This document shows positions 11,801 through 25,159 of a stretch of 64,000 nt of DNA, piece after piece. A program made the position numbers and the translations under genes. The stretch covers positions 1 to 64,000 of the forward strand of contig NW_026863406.1 in NCBI RefSeq assembly GCF_026571515.1, written 5' to 3'. Each line of letters begins with the position of its first letter. The stretch's first letter is position 1. The notes under the pieces were generated by a model. That model had not been told where the DNA came from, did not search any database, and saw only the letters and a list, made by a program, of their open reading frames with translations. This stretch comes from Ruditapes philippinarum (taxonomy: Eukaryota).

Positions 11801-14800
11801 ACTCCTTTCTTATCCGAACGAAGTGTCCGGTCCCGATTTTATTCGTTCTATTTTCAATAGTAAAAAACCTTTCGGATCCGGAACCCGTCTACTCCGAATT
11901 CCGGAGGATTTTTTCAATTTTTGTTCTTTTTTTACTCTAAAATTTACCTCTCGGATCCGAACAGATTATGCCAAATGTCACACCTTCATTCAAAATAACA
12001 AATAATTGCACATCTTGCAGGTGTAAACATACACCAAACTGATGTGTAATTTCACTTGATTAATGGGTGAAACGTTTGATCTACGAAGGTGTAAAAATTA
12101 CACTTAGCTGGCCTTCATATCTTCTATAATTGCTTAATTGATTGTTTTCTTCACCTTCAATAAATATTTTGATATAATGCAATAAAAATATCTTTTAATC
12201 CTTTGTAATGGATTCAATGATACGTGATTAAGCAATGAAAATTAATAGAAACTGTCAGTGAATTCGGATAGTCGCTGAATCGGATAAGAGTAAACAAATG
12301 CTGGTACGAATATTTAATTATGTCTTCGCCTCCTGTTTTACATCATAGGTTAACTTATCCTTGAGGACATAATATATTTTTGCTTATTTATTGATTTTCA
12401 TTTCTTTATTTTTGTATTCACATGCATTAGAATGAACGATAAGAGACTGCAAAAATAAAATATCTAAATTGCGATTTCAAATGCATTCCCGTTTTCTTTC
12501 CCTAAACTATTTTGCAAATACATGTAACATGAAAAAACATGTAAAAGAACTTTCTAATCCGGAAACCTTTCTAATCCGGAAACCTTTCTAATCCAAACTT
12601 TTCTTCTGGTCCGGACGAGTTTGGATTAGACAGGTTCCACTGTATATAGTTTCACCCATACCATGTTACAGTTAATGGACTAGGCCTCTTAATGTACATA
12701 ATAAATGAGCTTGTTATGCTAGGATTACTTGTTTATGTTTATTGACAGGATGGGGATAGTTTGATATAGATGTACATATATAGCACTAAATTTTGTTTCT
12801 ATTTTCAGATGTCAAACTACAAAAGTACAGCATCACAAGCATCTGGAAGTGAGGAATTTGTGCTAGGTTAGTAATGTTAATAACATCATACCAAAAGAGA
12901 CAATGTCTGTACAGACTTTATATATTTCTCTGCCTTATTTCGAAGGAGTGTACAATACAGATCTATGTAGTATTAAAGTCATTGGTTGGTTGATTCTTTG
13001 AGGAAGCTATCAAACTTTCTTACGCAAGGTTGATGGCTCTACTCAGGTGCCCCTGGCACTTGAAATAATGCATGAAAGGGCCCTGAGGTCTTTCTCCACT
13101 AGTAAGACGGGAAAGTTGTGATATGATTTGTACATACTCATTGTGACTAGGCAACTAAACAGTTGAATGATAGACCATTAAAATTTTGTTTCTAGACAGC
13201 TGTTCAATGATCAGTTGACAAATATTTTAGGGACAATCGTGTTTAAAGCTGCATGCCTCCAGATGAATCAAAATATTTCAAGAAAATCAAACTTTGGGAA
13301 AATATACAAAGATTTTAAGAAAATGAAAAAGATTCAAGTAGAAATTTACATTTTATGTCCAATTTTATGACTGATTTTGCAGTATTTATCATAGGGCTGT
13401 CATTGATGGGAAATTTTGTAATCATATATCGAGAGACAAATATCAATGATATATGACTTAGGCAGTAGATACAATGAAAAACATTTAAATATGTGTTTTA
13501 AATTGGGATCATAGTGTTATGCATGCTTGTATTAGACATTGCAAATACTACAGACTAACAGAGAGTTTGTGTCTTCTGTTATTTTTGTCACTGACATTTG
13601 AAAACAGAGTTTAAATTTCAAGTAAGCCAAGAAAACTGGAAAAAATGACTTCTTTTATGAGGCAAAATAGAGAGGTATATTCCACTAACAGAAATGAATA
13701 AATTTTAGCTTGCATTGATAATTGAAAGTGTGTATCGATATCGTATAATGTATCAGATGATGAATATTGATCATATTCAATGACAGCCCTATTTTATCAC
13801 CATATTTCTACTGTGTGACACAGTAAGGGTTTTTTTCTTTTTGCACATTTTTACCTTTTTATAGTAATTTATATGGATTGTAAGTGCCGTTTTTAATGTG
13901 GAAATTACTTTCTTTGTTCATTTCACAATATTTTACTTTAAAATGTCAATGTTGATGGTCACATCTATCTTGTGATAGAAAGTGGTTTCAACTACACATT
14001 AGGCTTATCTCTGCAAATGTCAACTGTTCAGTCATCATGGATGATGGATGTCAAACTCATAAATCTAATATGGATTTTGACAGAATTTTGGGCATTTTTA
14101 ACTTAGAAAATTCTACATTATCCAGGCTTGACAATGTCGAACCTAAAGAGCTGTCTTACCAACAGTTCTTGTCTATTTTATTTCTTGATAAATATTACAT
14201 TTATTGCTCTAATCCAAGTAATTTATCAAGGGATATATATTTATGACTGAATTTATCATTTGTTGTTGTAATTCATACTTGTTTCTTCTGTGACAATTCA
14301 GGTCAAGCTGAACATAATGAAATATTTGTCTACATCTGTGACAGTATAACTTTGATTACATAGCACAATTCTGATTGTAAAGTTGTGAGAAAGGATATAA
14401 CATATGCCTTAAACTTAAATTATGTATATGATTTAGGGTCACAGTTAAGTGGGCAATTACAAGTACTGGAATGGATCCCCTGTATGCCCACTGTTGAGCT
14501 GGTCATTCCACACCAAGAGAAACATCGGGTACCAGACAATCTGAAACCTACATTTGTACCATTTGGCGCAAGTAATTATTTTTGTTACTTTTATGTGTTA
14601 TAAATAAGATAACAGATTTTATTTCTCCCCAGTCTTCATAGTTCACCCTGTCTGTCTTCTGTCACACTTTGTTTCCATGAATTATCCTCAAGTATGGTGT
14701 GACCCAAATGTTTCGTAGGATGACAGCCCTTAACCCAGGAGAATTTATAGTGTTTAGGGTCAGAAAGTGAAAGTGCAACAAAGACCTTGATAGCAGTCAT

Positions 14801-16535
14801 TGTTTAGATCAAGTTATTGATTATCTATAAGAGGAAAATGGAGAAGTACAACAGGTTAACACCAAAGCTGGTTTATTTACTACCAGTTTCGGTTCTATCG
14901 AACCTTTATTCCTAAAACAGTCAAAATTGCACTAGCAGTAAGGCCCCCACGATTACACGTTTAAACGGATTCGTTTCGATTTTCATTCATAAACGTTTAC
15001 GATATTGTTTTCCGTTTAATCGAAATGACCATATTGTCTTACAAAATTTCTTAATCATTGCCTGTAATCATGGATTTTATCAATTCTAGTGGTTTATTCC
15101 AAAGTAAACAAACGGAAAATAGGTGTTTACAACCTTCCACTCAGCATTACGGTGCAAAATTGCTCGTGACATAATACATTTTTGGAAACAAATGGGGTTA
15201 CAATGCAAAAACATGTGTGCTGACTCAATCGTCTAGCAGTCACCCTGTCTGTATTGGTCAGTTTTAAGTTCTACTGCAAGAAGTTCTTTAATATATACAC
15301 AGTTTATAATGTGACCTGTTTTAACGTGGTCAGTGATCAGTGTACTGTAATTGATAATATAACAGTCTGTGTCAAATGCAAATGATAGGTATAGATGTAC
15401 AACATTTAATTATTATGGCATGTAAATATTGTGGGATCTAGACGGAAGCATCAAAATGCTGATAAATTCAGATCATTATTGCTAAAATCTGTGACTAATA
15501 TATCAATGAAAAAGGAATAGAGCAATTGGGCAAATTTATTTGTATTAGCTGGTTATTTTAACAGTCATACTAAGATTTTTAGTTTCTGTAAATGTAATTT
15601 TTAGTTTCCATAAATGTAATTTTAAGTTGTAATAAATTTGATTTTGTAATTTTTAGTTTCTGTAAATGTAATTTTAAGTTTTTGTAAATGTGATTTTTAG
15701 TTTTTGTAAATGTAATTTTTAGTTTCCATAAATGTGATTTTAAGAATTTTTTTTTGGCCAATTCGATAGAGGACTTCTTATATAAATATAAACTGAGATA
15801 CGTACTGTTACACATTTGCTAACTAAATAATTAACTTGTACAATTACAATTGCATCATACACAAGTCATATCCGTTACATGTATATCAAAGTGAAACATG
15901 TGACAGGAAAAATGTATACTACAAGCATAGTCATGTTTTATCAATGTATATGGTATCCATGTTAACCTTGATATAATGGTCACCTGTCTATAATGGCTGT
16001 AATAGCTTTGTCCCTTTGCGTCTATAAATGCAATCACTATGCCAACTTGTGAGCCTGTTCAATTAAATGTGTACCTTGTCTTGCAATTGGTAGCATGTGT
16101 TACTTTAAAAAATTGTACCTTTATTGGGAGCCTCTATATTTTAACTTGAACCTTTCTTGTGATAACAGGCAATAGATTTGTTCATATACTGTAAACTGAT
16201 TCAATGTTAGATTCAATGTATCCGTATTTTCTCAATGTATATGTGTATTGCTTAACATTTTGTCATGAAACTACCCAAGATTAGTGTCTGAAGACTTATT
16301 TGGGGTTGTAAGTTAGAATTATACTCTTTCAATGAAAATGAAGTTGAAGCATAGAACTGCAGTACATGTAAATTTGAAACCAACAAAGTAAATGAATTCA
16401 TTTATACATGTATTTGACTTATTGAATATTTCAGAGTCTCCAACTAGAGAAATTGAAGATGAAAGTTTTGCTGGTGAGACAAAGAAAGAGAAACATAAGA
16501 AGAAGAAGAAAAAGAAAGATAAAAAAAAGAAATAA
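2821..16535 (+). CDS. POLR1G: RNA polymerase I subunit RPA34/PAF49 (CD3EAP)-like protein, spliced, ~447 aa
   Basis: GT-AG exons with consistent phases: 2821-2898 (acceptor at 2803, frame already open there, so the true start may be upstream), 4974-5129, 5974-6566, 7505-7607, 10112-10186, 11186-11230, 12809-12866, 14437-14571, 16435-16535 (TAA). The joined peptide YKIPDNF...GKQLWLISAPDDFDISTLHRQKVNLTGSSII...LSGQLQVLE...HRVPDNLKPTFVPFGA matches by eye the RPA34 dimerisation domain (LWLIxAPxDF ... PxxLxPxFxxFG). It ends in a Lys-rich tail KKEKHKKKKKKKDKKKK. Confidence 0.85.
2969..3260 (+). mobile_element. Non-autonomous LTR retrotransposon (TRIM) with tRNA-derived LTR
   Basis: 4-bp TSD CATA (2965-2968 and 3261-3264). 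Internally deleted 5' LTR 2969-3003 (TGTCA...GTGACA), degenerate tRNA-Lys(CTT)-type PBS ~3007-3021 (TGCGCCCAACGGGGG), PPT AAAGTAGGGGAG just before the full 3' LTR 3117-3260 (TGTCAC...GTGACA). Confidence 0.85.
3165..3235 (+). pseudogene. tRNA-Lys(TTT)-derived sequence (A box/B box) embedded in an LTR
   Basis: GGCTGGATAGCTCAGTCGGTGGAGC...AGGGTCCCTTGTTCAAGTCCCGGTCAGGC resembles tRNA-Lys(TTT) in the D and T arms; the anticodon arm is diverged, so it is not a functional tRNA. Confidence 0.75.
3888..4340. repeat. ~160-bp direct duplication flanking a transposon end fragment
   Basis: 3888-4048 is repeated at 4177-4340; the spacer ends in the TIR GGGAAAAAATCACTG. Confidence 0.8.
5319..5510 (+). mobile_element. 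tRNA-derived CORE-type SINE
   Basis: A box TGGCTGAGTGG, degenerate B box, body GCAAGAAACTTTA..CTCATTGCTCAGTACTGGTTGG shared with the copies at 17458 and 30140. Confidence 0.75.
8266..9972 (+). mobile_element. Helentron-associated (HINE/pearl-like) element with internal array of ~10 x 145-165 bp repeats
   Basis: T-rich start with ATACCCC...GGGGTAT inverted repeat, (GTCG)n microsatellite, tandem units beginning CCGGAGCATAACTTG, 3' sub-terminal GGGGGTAT, short hairpin ATCAC-N5-GTGAT, CTAGTT end. Confidence 0.85.
11764..12642. mobile_element. Tigger/pogo-type MITE
   Basis: TA|CAGTAGAGCCTTGCTAATCCGAAC ... GTTTGGATTAGACAGGTTCCACTG|TA, with repeated TAATCCG(G/A)A subterminal motifs. Confidence 0.85.
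13392..13791. mobile_element. hAT-type MITE, 400 bp
   Basis: 15-bp perfect TIR TAGGGCTGTCATTGA; 8-bp TSD ATTTATCA/TTTTATCA (7/8). A partial second copy lies at ~34129-34280. Confidence 0.85.
15575..15760. repeat. ~22-bp minisatellite (TTTTAGTTTCTGTAAATGTAAT) ending in T-run-GGCC
   Basis: About 8 diverged copies visible directly. Confidence 0.75.
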
Positions 16536-17457
16536 AGAATAATGAAAATATGTTTATCCTAGGGACAATGCTGTTAATTATGTTTGGAAATAAAATTTCA
16601 TGTTTACTATGTTATTGAATAAATGTAAACAAAATTAAAAAATTGCATTTATTTTCATTCACAAAAAATACAGTCTTGAAGCAATTTCTTACTGCACTAT
16701 TTCTATACATGTTGTAAATAATTTGTATGTGTCATATTTAAAAACGTGGGAACCACTGATTTTTAAAAAAAAACTAAAAGTTACTCTAGATATCCTATTC
16801 TAGAAATTTCAAAATACAGGCTATCGTTACCTGATTCTGGTAAAAATCAATCTGCATACATATTTTGTATCATTCAGTGAATTACTGAATTAAAAATGTA
16901 TAGGTCACCTTTTGGTGGATAAAAACCTTTTAGGGCATGAATGGTGACATGTCTGGGGGACGTACTCTCAAGTGTCTGAAAGGGCGGATAGACCCTCATT
17001 AAGACTAGAATACATACATACATGATTCTGGTTTTCATAAAGAAAAACTTTTTAAGCTCACCTAAGACCTTGTGAGAATTCTTAGATTTTGTTGCTGTGT
17101 TTATAGCTTATTATTGTTTCTATCTGGGCAAATTGTTTGAAACTTGCCTATGATGTTTCTCAAAAGAACCTCATTTGATTTAACATAGTGTCACACAAAA
17201 ATAAAAAAACAAACTTTAAAAATATCCTAATCTCCAAGCAATAGGCCTAAAGCAAACCTGTTTGGTATCTATTGTTGCCTTTTGAACATGCGTTTAGTTA
17301 GCTTGAATCAAGACTTGGCCTGGCCCCCTGGAGTCAATTGTTACATTAACATTTTTTTTTTTAATAAATTAACTTGAGAAATGTTTTTGTAATCTTAAAT
17401 GTATAGAGCATTTAGCATAACCTTGTGATTTATACTCTTCAAGACCTAGATGTATAG

Positions 17458-17655
17458 TAGCGGCATGGCAGAGTGATTAACACATGGACTAGTAATCTAA
17501 TGATCCCTAGTCTTGCGGGCTCAAACCGTGCCGGGGCAAGCCGTTGTTTCCTTAAGCAGGAAACTTTACACTCATTGCTCAGTACTGGTTGGTAACAGGA
17601 ATGGATTCTAAAGTGTCTCTTTATGCTTAATAAAGCTTCCTACACAATCAAACTT
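17458..17655 (+). mobile_element. tRNA-derived CORE-type SINE
   Basis: Same family as the copies at 5319 and 30140. Confidence 0.75.
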
Positions 17656-18289
17656 CTGAAAAATTTTGTATAAACAAAGACCTAGATAAAGATCCTGTGC
17701 TGGTCCTGCTCTTGTTGTGGGGATCATTGCTTATGAAGGAAAACTTATTTAAATCTTGTGTAAATCTATATGACCTAGATATATATGCCCTGTAGCATTG
17801 CCTATTTGACAAATAAAAGCTACATGTCTTGTGCCCCTGGTTTTCAGCAAGTGATTGCCAATTATCTATAACAGCCAATGGAGAATAACTAGTCATATTG
17901 CCATTTAATCATCACGAGGGAATGTGTCTTATCTAGGAGTAGCATTGCAGATCTGTACATATAAGAATTATATACCTCATCTAGAACTGGCACTGTGGCT
18001 GTTTTCATATAAGACAAATATGCTTTATTCAGATCTGTTCATATACCATAAAGAAAACATGCTTTATCTAGGACTTGAATCATAGATCTGTCCTTATTAG
18101 ACAAGTGTGCTTTATCTATATCTGTACATATAAGAGAAAATATGGATCATAAATGTGTCCAATCTAGGACTGGAATAATAGATCTGCGCATATATGATAA
18201 AGTGTCTCCTCTAAGACTGGAATTGTAGATCAGTACATATTGTAGAAATGTAATTAATCTAGATATGTACATATAAAAGAAAATGCCAC

Positions 18290-18870
18290 ATTCTTCGAAT
18301 TTAGAAATGTGTGATGCTTGATGAGTTGTGTGTCATGTGTAAGATTTACGGTAACTCTTGCTATGAGATTAAGGTCGCACTTGGAGGTCAAAGGTCAGCA
18401 GTAAAAAAAACCTTTGCCATGCATAAAGGGATTTTGAAATAACTTTGCATTTATGTGAGACAGAATGTGTCATGTGCAAGACACCTAGATCCGAGGTCAA
18501 GGTCACAAATAGGGGTCAAAGTTAGAAAATCTTGTCTGGCCCATAACTCCGTTATGTATCAAGGCACAAATGTGTAACATGATGAAACAGTGTCATATGC
18601 TGCAGACTGCAACCCCAGGTTCAAGGTGAAAGTCATTTTTAGAGGTCAAATTTCAGCAGTTAAAAATTCTTGTTTGACCCAATAAGTTCCTTAGTCATGC
18701 ATCAAGGATTTTGAAATAACTTGGCACAAATGTGTAGCATGATGAAACAGTGTGTCATGAGATAGACCAAGACCCCTTACTCAAAGGTTACCTTAAGAGG
18801 TCAAAGGTCAGCAGTTAGAAAATAATGTCCAGTCCATAACTCTGTCATGTATGATTCTTATAAGTGATTT
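18290..18870 (+). repeat. Degenerate HINE-type internal repeat array (AAGGTCAAGGTCAC-type units)
   Basis: About 4 diverged ~140-bp units; similar remnants at ~22395-22920 and ~45920-46580. Confidence 0.5.
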
Positions 18871-19891
18871 TGAAATCAGTGCTGCAGTATCCATCCTCTT
18901 ACAGGAAAAGTTTTTTCATTGGAAAGCTGTTTATGAAATACCAACTATGCTGTCCTGTCAAAACATCTTTATACATTTATTCTGTGTCCTAATATATATA
19001 GCAGAGACATCTGTGTCTTTCAGACACATTTCTAGTTTGACAGAAGAAAAGAAAAACCTGCAAAATGGTTCAACCATGCTAGTACTTGTACTTATTCTGA
19101 ACGCTGGCAAGTGTATGACACTAAGATAAAATGTTCAATAAAATTGTTGAAGTTTCATTATTTTAGCTTTTTTTTCAATTGTTGAATGCTGATAAGTGAT
19201 TCACAGGGAATGTTCTATGACCGTTCTATCACATACATAGAATCACAGAAGGAAAGTATTTTGTGGCGTTCAACCAATAAATAGAAAACTCATAGTGAAC
19301 TTCAGCCTAGAGAACACACTTTCTGATGACGTTTTACGTTCACAGATGTAGAAGACGATCAAACTATTTTGCTAATAAATTTGCTAGGTACTATTATATT
19401 CATTTCTGATGAAATGCATTTGCAAAAACAACAATAGTGTTTTCACAAGTAGCTTTAATTACATTAATTATATTTTTCTTTGAAAGATTTTACAGTATTC
19501 CTCATTTTTGTAAAGATTACACTGAAAATTGAGTTGTTTACCTTGTGCTTGTTATAATTTTGTATGTTTTATTTTTAACAAAAATCTTTGACTAGCCTCC
19601 TGTTATAAATTTTTTTATCGGAAGATTGTTGCAAAGTAAAATCTTCTTTAACATGCATGGTCTTAACTTTACTTTATTTAAATAAGAGAAATGATTGGGA
19701 CAATAAAATTTTTAAAAAATAGAAGAAACCATTTTTGTGTATTGCCCAGGTAAGGGAGTATTGCACAGCCTGGGAAACCCCAGGTTTTCTCACCTGGGTT
19801 TTCCCGGGCAGTCATTACTTTGCCAACCTTGAACTGCAATGTATCATTGTCAGATAATTTGTATAATTTTATTTTCACAGGAACAAGAACA

Positions 19892-20806
19892 ATGGCATTA
19901 AATTTACGATGTCAGACTAAATCAGGCCAGCATTATTTGACTGGCTTGACATTGTCATCAAGTGTTGGAAAACTTAAAGAGATGATTTGTGAGGCAACAA
20001 AAATTCCAAAAGATTGTATCAAAGTCAGGCAAGGATATCCACCAAAAGTGATAGATCTGAGTGTAGAGAGCAATGAATTATCTTCACTGCCTTTCAGATC
20101 TGGTGATACTCTAATTGTAGAAGAAGATTCATCAATGAGAAAGCGTCGCATAGAGCAAGTAGACAAAGATATTCAGGACCAAATAACAAACTCTGGTGGG
20201 ATGTTAATGAGAAAAGTAGTACCCGCAGATAACTCTTGCTTATTTACTAGTGTTGATTGTGTTATGAACAATGGCACTGTTGATTTAAATGCAGCTCCGC
20301 AAATGAGAGAACTAATTGCTGGCATTGTAATGAGTGACCCGGACACATATAATGAAGCTTTCCTTGGAAAAGGCAATGCTAATTATTGTAAGTGGATAAT
20401 GAACAAAGAATCTTGGGGAGGAGCAATTGAAATTTCAATTTTGTCCAAGTATTACGATGTTGAAATTGATGTGGTTGACACTCAGTCCGGAAGGATAGAT
20501 AGATTTGGTGAAGATATGAATTATAAGCAGCGTGTTCTTGTAATTTATGACGGTATTCACTACGACCCGCTTATAATGGAGCCATTAATTCCTGGCGAGG
20601 AGATCAAAACCATGTTTTCCACTAAAGATGCAAGTGTACTTAGTCAAGCTATGGAAATTGCAAATGAAGCTAAAGCGTCACGCCAGTATACAGACGTAGC
20701 TAAATTTACACTGAGGTGTCTTGTCTGCCAAAAGTCTCTTGTTGGACAGAAAGAAGCCCAAGAACATGCTAAGTCATCAGGACATATAAATTTTGGCGAA
20801 TACTGA
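19892..20806 (+). CDS. YOD1: Ubiquitin thioesterase OTU1/YOD1 (UBX-like + OTU + C2H2 zinc finger), 304 aa
   Basis: ATG at 19892 lies just after a splice acceptor (ttttcacag|, exon starts 19881); a probable non-coding first exon ends at 19387. N-terminal LRCQTKSGQH...GYPPK UBX-like domain, OTU Cys box VPADNSCLF, WGGAIE, His box GIHYD, and C-terminal LRCLVC...HAKSSGH zinc finger. Confidence 0.96.
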   Translation: MALNLRCQTKSGQHYLTGLTLSSSVGKLKEMICEATKIPKDCIKVRQGYPPKVIDLSVESNELSSLPFRSGDTLIVEEDSSMRKRRIEQVDKDIQDQITNSGGMLMRKVVPADNSCLFTSVDCVMNNGTVDLNAAPQMRELIAGIVMSDPDTYNEAFLGKGNANYCKWIMNKESWGGAIEISILSKYYDVEIDVVDTQSGRIDRFGEDMNYKQRVLVIYDGIHYDPLIMEPLIPGEEIKTMFSTKDASVLSQAMEIANEAKASRQYTDVAKFTLRCLVCQKSLVGQKEAQEHAKSSGHINFGEY

Positions 20807-21139
20807 CCAAGTTTTATTTAGTAATAGTATTATATAAGTTGTCTCTTTTTTTCAACATAAGTCATTAATTTAAATTCTGTAGGTATTTATCGTTCAACAT
20901 AAGTCATTAATTTAAATTCTGTTAGGTATTTATCATATTATATATATAATTTTTCAGTGGCATTAATCCCAGTCAGTCAGTCTTCCTCTTGAAGTTAAAC
21001 ATTATAGAAAGCAGATTTACTACAATTTGTTTAATGTTTGTCATTTTTCTGTCATTATCTACTTAAGATCTCTTATCCCGATAAGCATTTTTGTAAGATT
21101 TGTTTCCTTTCCTATCAGTTTGTCATTATCTTTATGTAT

Positions 21140-21385
21140 AGCCGTAAACAAATCTATAGGCATGGCAACTGGAGACCTAAACAAATTTATAGGCACGAAA
21201 ATGCAGACTTTTAACAAATTTATAGGCATGACAAGTGCAAACAAAAGTCACGACAAGTGCAGACATAAACAAATCTATGTGCACAAGTGTAGATATAAAC
21301 AAATTTATAGGCATAATAAGTGTAGACATAAATAAATCTAAAGGCATGACATTCAGACAAGTGCAGATATAATTTGTAGGCCAGT
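21140..21385 (+). repeat. ~33-bp minisatellite downstream of YOD1
   Basis: ACAAGTGCAGACATAAACAAATYTATAGGCATG-like unit, about 7 copies. Confidence 0.75.
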
Positions 21386-21503
21386 TTATTGATCACTTTT
21401 TGCTCATTATTTATTGTCCATATCTTTATAAAAGTGTTGTTGTTTTTATAATTCACATTAATATGAAGCAGAGGATTTAATATGATTTAGAAATTGCAAG
21501 ACT

Positions 21504-21686
21504 TATTATTTTCACATGGGCCATTGGCTTTATCTGAATAAATACTGAAATCCTCTATTATTTTCACATGGCTTTATCTGAATAAATACTGAAATCCTTT
21601 ATTATTTTCACATGGCTTTATCTGAATAAATACTGAAATCCTTTATTATTTTCACATGGCTTTATCTGAATAAATACTGAAATCCT
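21504..21686 (+). repeat. 44-bp tandem repeat x4, each unit containing AATAAA
   Basis: TATTATTTTCACATGGCTTTATCTGAATAAATACTGAAATCC repeated at ~21504, 21556, 21600 and 21644. Confidence 0.9.
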
Positions 21687-24600
21687 GCTAATCATCCATC
21701 AAAAGTAATATAGATACATGTACATGAGAGGAAAGTGAAAGTGCTTTGTTGAAATATCTCTACCATTGTAACAAATTATTTAGTGAGTTCTTTTATTTAT
21801 TCTTTATTTAATAAAATTATGCATTTACTTGCCTTTTTAACATGCTACATGTAGATTCAGGGACTGGAATGGCATTCATTTATAAAGCATAAATTATTTC
21901 ACTGGTATTACATTTAAAATGTGCGTTGCACTTTTACCATTGCCATTACTTTTAACAACTGTAAATGACAACAGCTTCTATTCATTCTGTAAATATTGTC
22001 TCACTTTTCAGCCAGATAAATACATTTTCACTGAAGACAAACAAAAATTGTCAATGTACCTTAATATAACTTATTAAAGGGACCATGAAATGCAAATTTC
22101 CCTATTGAATAAATACTTGCAATGTTTTGTAATTAACATCCAATGTTTTTATTCCAAGTTTATACATGTATTTAGACTATTCAATTTTAGTTCAAAGTTT
22201 TGGTTGTGTAGTTTTTGAACAACTTTTCACTTGTATGTTGTATTTAACTATTTATCACATATTTGTTTAATGTCTTTTGTATGTGATTTTGTAAGCCAAT
22301 AAATAATAATAAAAGGAGCCTGTTCTATGATGATGCCTTATAGTCATAACCCTCAACCTGTTGAATTTCTAAAGTGACTTATCCTGTTTTTTAATCACCT
22401 GCCGCCTATATGTAGTTTGGTAATGCATGGCCTCCATCTGTTAGCCCGTCCATCTGTAACATTTTTGTGTCCTCTGTAATTTATAAATTTATGAAAAGTT
22501 TTAAAATGACTTGGTACAAAAGATCACTATTACCAGATGATGTGCAGACTGCAACAAGATTGCTACCCCCAAGGTCACACTTAATTAAGGAGAAATGTAA
22601 AAGTCATCATTTCAAGTACGCTGCATAACTTAAACTAGTGAAAAGTTTTTAAATTAACCTCGCACAAAAGATCATCGATTGTCAGATGATGTGCAGACTC
22701 GACCACTAGGTAGCTTCCCCAAAGATAAAGGTCATTATAAAAGGGCAAATGTATAAAAGACAGCATTTCGTGTCAGCAACAAATGAAAAGTTTTTAAATA
22801 CCTTGGCACAAATGATCATAATTATGAGAGGAAGTGCAAAGCATAATAACCAGGTCGATGCCCCAAGGTCAAGGTCACACATTAAGGTCACTGGCCCTTC
22901 ACTGCTGTTAGGGACTTCTGTTTCTTCTATGTGAAGAATCTATCCAGCTACTCACGGTTCCTGCTTGTGCCTGACATACAGCACAAAGGGGCACCTGATG
23001 TTTTCCTCCACCAGTAAGGCTGGAAATTAGGCGTTGTATAACCTACACAAAGTCGGTGTGACTTAAACAGAACAAACAAACTGAATTCAAGGTCAAAGAT
23101 TCAAAATTAAGCAATTTAATTTCTGGCTGAATCCAAACTCATGAACCTATTGAAGGATATTGCTACATTGATCTAATGTTTATTTTGTGAAGACAATGTT
23201 GGGAATCCATGTTTTTGGCATTTCTTAAGTTTTAGAGAACAGGACTGGTTTCCTAGCAGTTTTTTGGCCCTTTATCATTTTCATTAAGTATTTCTGTTAT
23301 TCATCAATCTGAGAAACATTTGTTTTCTATGCAATACAGCAGTTAAGATAGTTTTGCCTGTTGTTTAAAGTTACATAAGAGAACTTGCAACATTTAATAA
23401 TAAGCAACACCTGGGGTATTCTAGTGTGAATGTCAATGCATAATAACTGAGATCACATTCAAGGTAAATCAATACTTTTGCAGACGACACAGAAAAGGTT
23501 GTGAAGTTATTTATTTGAAAAAAAAAAACAAAACATCTTAATATTGCTAACTGGTACTGAATTAATTCAAAATAAAAAAGGTCTGAAAATCTGTGATGAA
23601 ATTTTGGTACAGTACCTAACATTTTTGTACTCTTCTGTAGACAGATTTTTATTTTATTTGTTAAAAAGTGTGATTTGGGGCCGTTAACTAATAGGAAACC
23701 GACAGATTCATTTAAGAGTGTATCTTTTAAGCCGATGCAGGAATGCAGTCTTAATCAAGCTCTATACTACTGTCTACATATACAATATTACAGACAGGAT
23801 ATATATTCATTTCAGATAGGCAACTTGTTTCAAAATTCAAGATCAAATGTTTAAGGATCTGTTCCTTTCCCCCATAACCCATTGAAAAAACATATTCAGA
23901 TTTATTTTTCGTCACCTTTACGATGCAGAAATTACATTTATAGCAGACTGGAAGGTGCCTGATTTCGACAAGACTAAATATTTTTTGAGAAATTTTCATG
24001 AATCTGAGTTTTTGTCTCTGGTATTCATTATAGGAATGTTCTTAAATTAGAGACAAAAAGCAGGATCCTTTTTTTGCATGATTTTTTTTGAGTATAATGC
24101 AAGTATAACCATATGGCCTCTCCAATAGCAAATTAGGTAAAAAATTCTAAATAATGCATCCTTTAATGAAAAATTGCATGTGCACAATGAATTCTCAAAG
24201 ATCGATTGAAATAACATTTTGGCTTCCTCAGAAGGAAATTGCCTCAAGACACATTGACTGGTAAACTGGTAAAAATGGGAATTTTTTTCTAAAGTCACTA
24301 GGAGCATTTGAAGTCTTGAAGAATCCTTTACAAGCTGGTGGCGACTGAATTTACTCATGCAACAAGTGCAGACCTCGGTCACCCGCCCAATGGGTGGGTC
24401 ACCTCGGGACGGATAATCTGATCGGAACCGCAAAATATGACAGATATTATTAGTCTGTGCAGCTGATCATTTCTTACGGCAAACAACACATCATATAAAA
24501 CAAAAAGGACAAAACATTCAGTCCTGATTAAGCCAAAACAAAACCAAACTATTTATCATTTGTTTATTTATAGTTTAACACATTGTGTTAATCATAGAAA

Positions 24601-25159
24601 GAAACATCAACAACAAATATTGCCAATAGAAAATTTACAAATGACAGGAAAAATTGATGCTGAAATTGAACCAGATCTGTCAAGAAATAAGGAATAAAAA
24701 AAGCCGCGAAAAGAAAAAACACAAAATCAAAATTTGATAAATGAAGATATCTTCACAGTAAAATTTTCTTTCATTCACATTCCAGTTAAATACAAACCAT
24801 GGTTATACAACACATTTTAATAAAAGTAAAGTCTTGTAATTTCTTTGTAACAACAATTTTGTCAGTAAAAAATTCAGCCATATTAATTCAGAAAGACAAA
24901 ATAGTCCTATAGACAGTGCACTCAACTTACCTAAGTACTTGTTACGGGTAATACTTATGAAATATACTAGTAAAAAATCTTAATTTTCTTTTTTTTCTTC
25001 CAACAATACATGTACAAAAAATAAAACCAGTTAGATGTACTATCATATTAAAATCCTGAATATAAGAAAAGGCCATGCCTTTTCTCAGTTTCACTATGTG
25101 ACAGATTATCTGAACCATTCCCAATGGCAAATATGCTTATTATTTCCTAATCCTGAAAA

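Noticed and set aside
19820-19891. N-terminal 24 aa of the 328-aa ORF-track protein
   Set aside because: It starts at TTG inside an intron upstream of the acceptor at 19880; YOD1 homology starts at ATG 19892.
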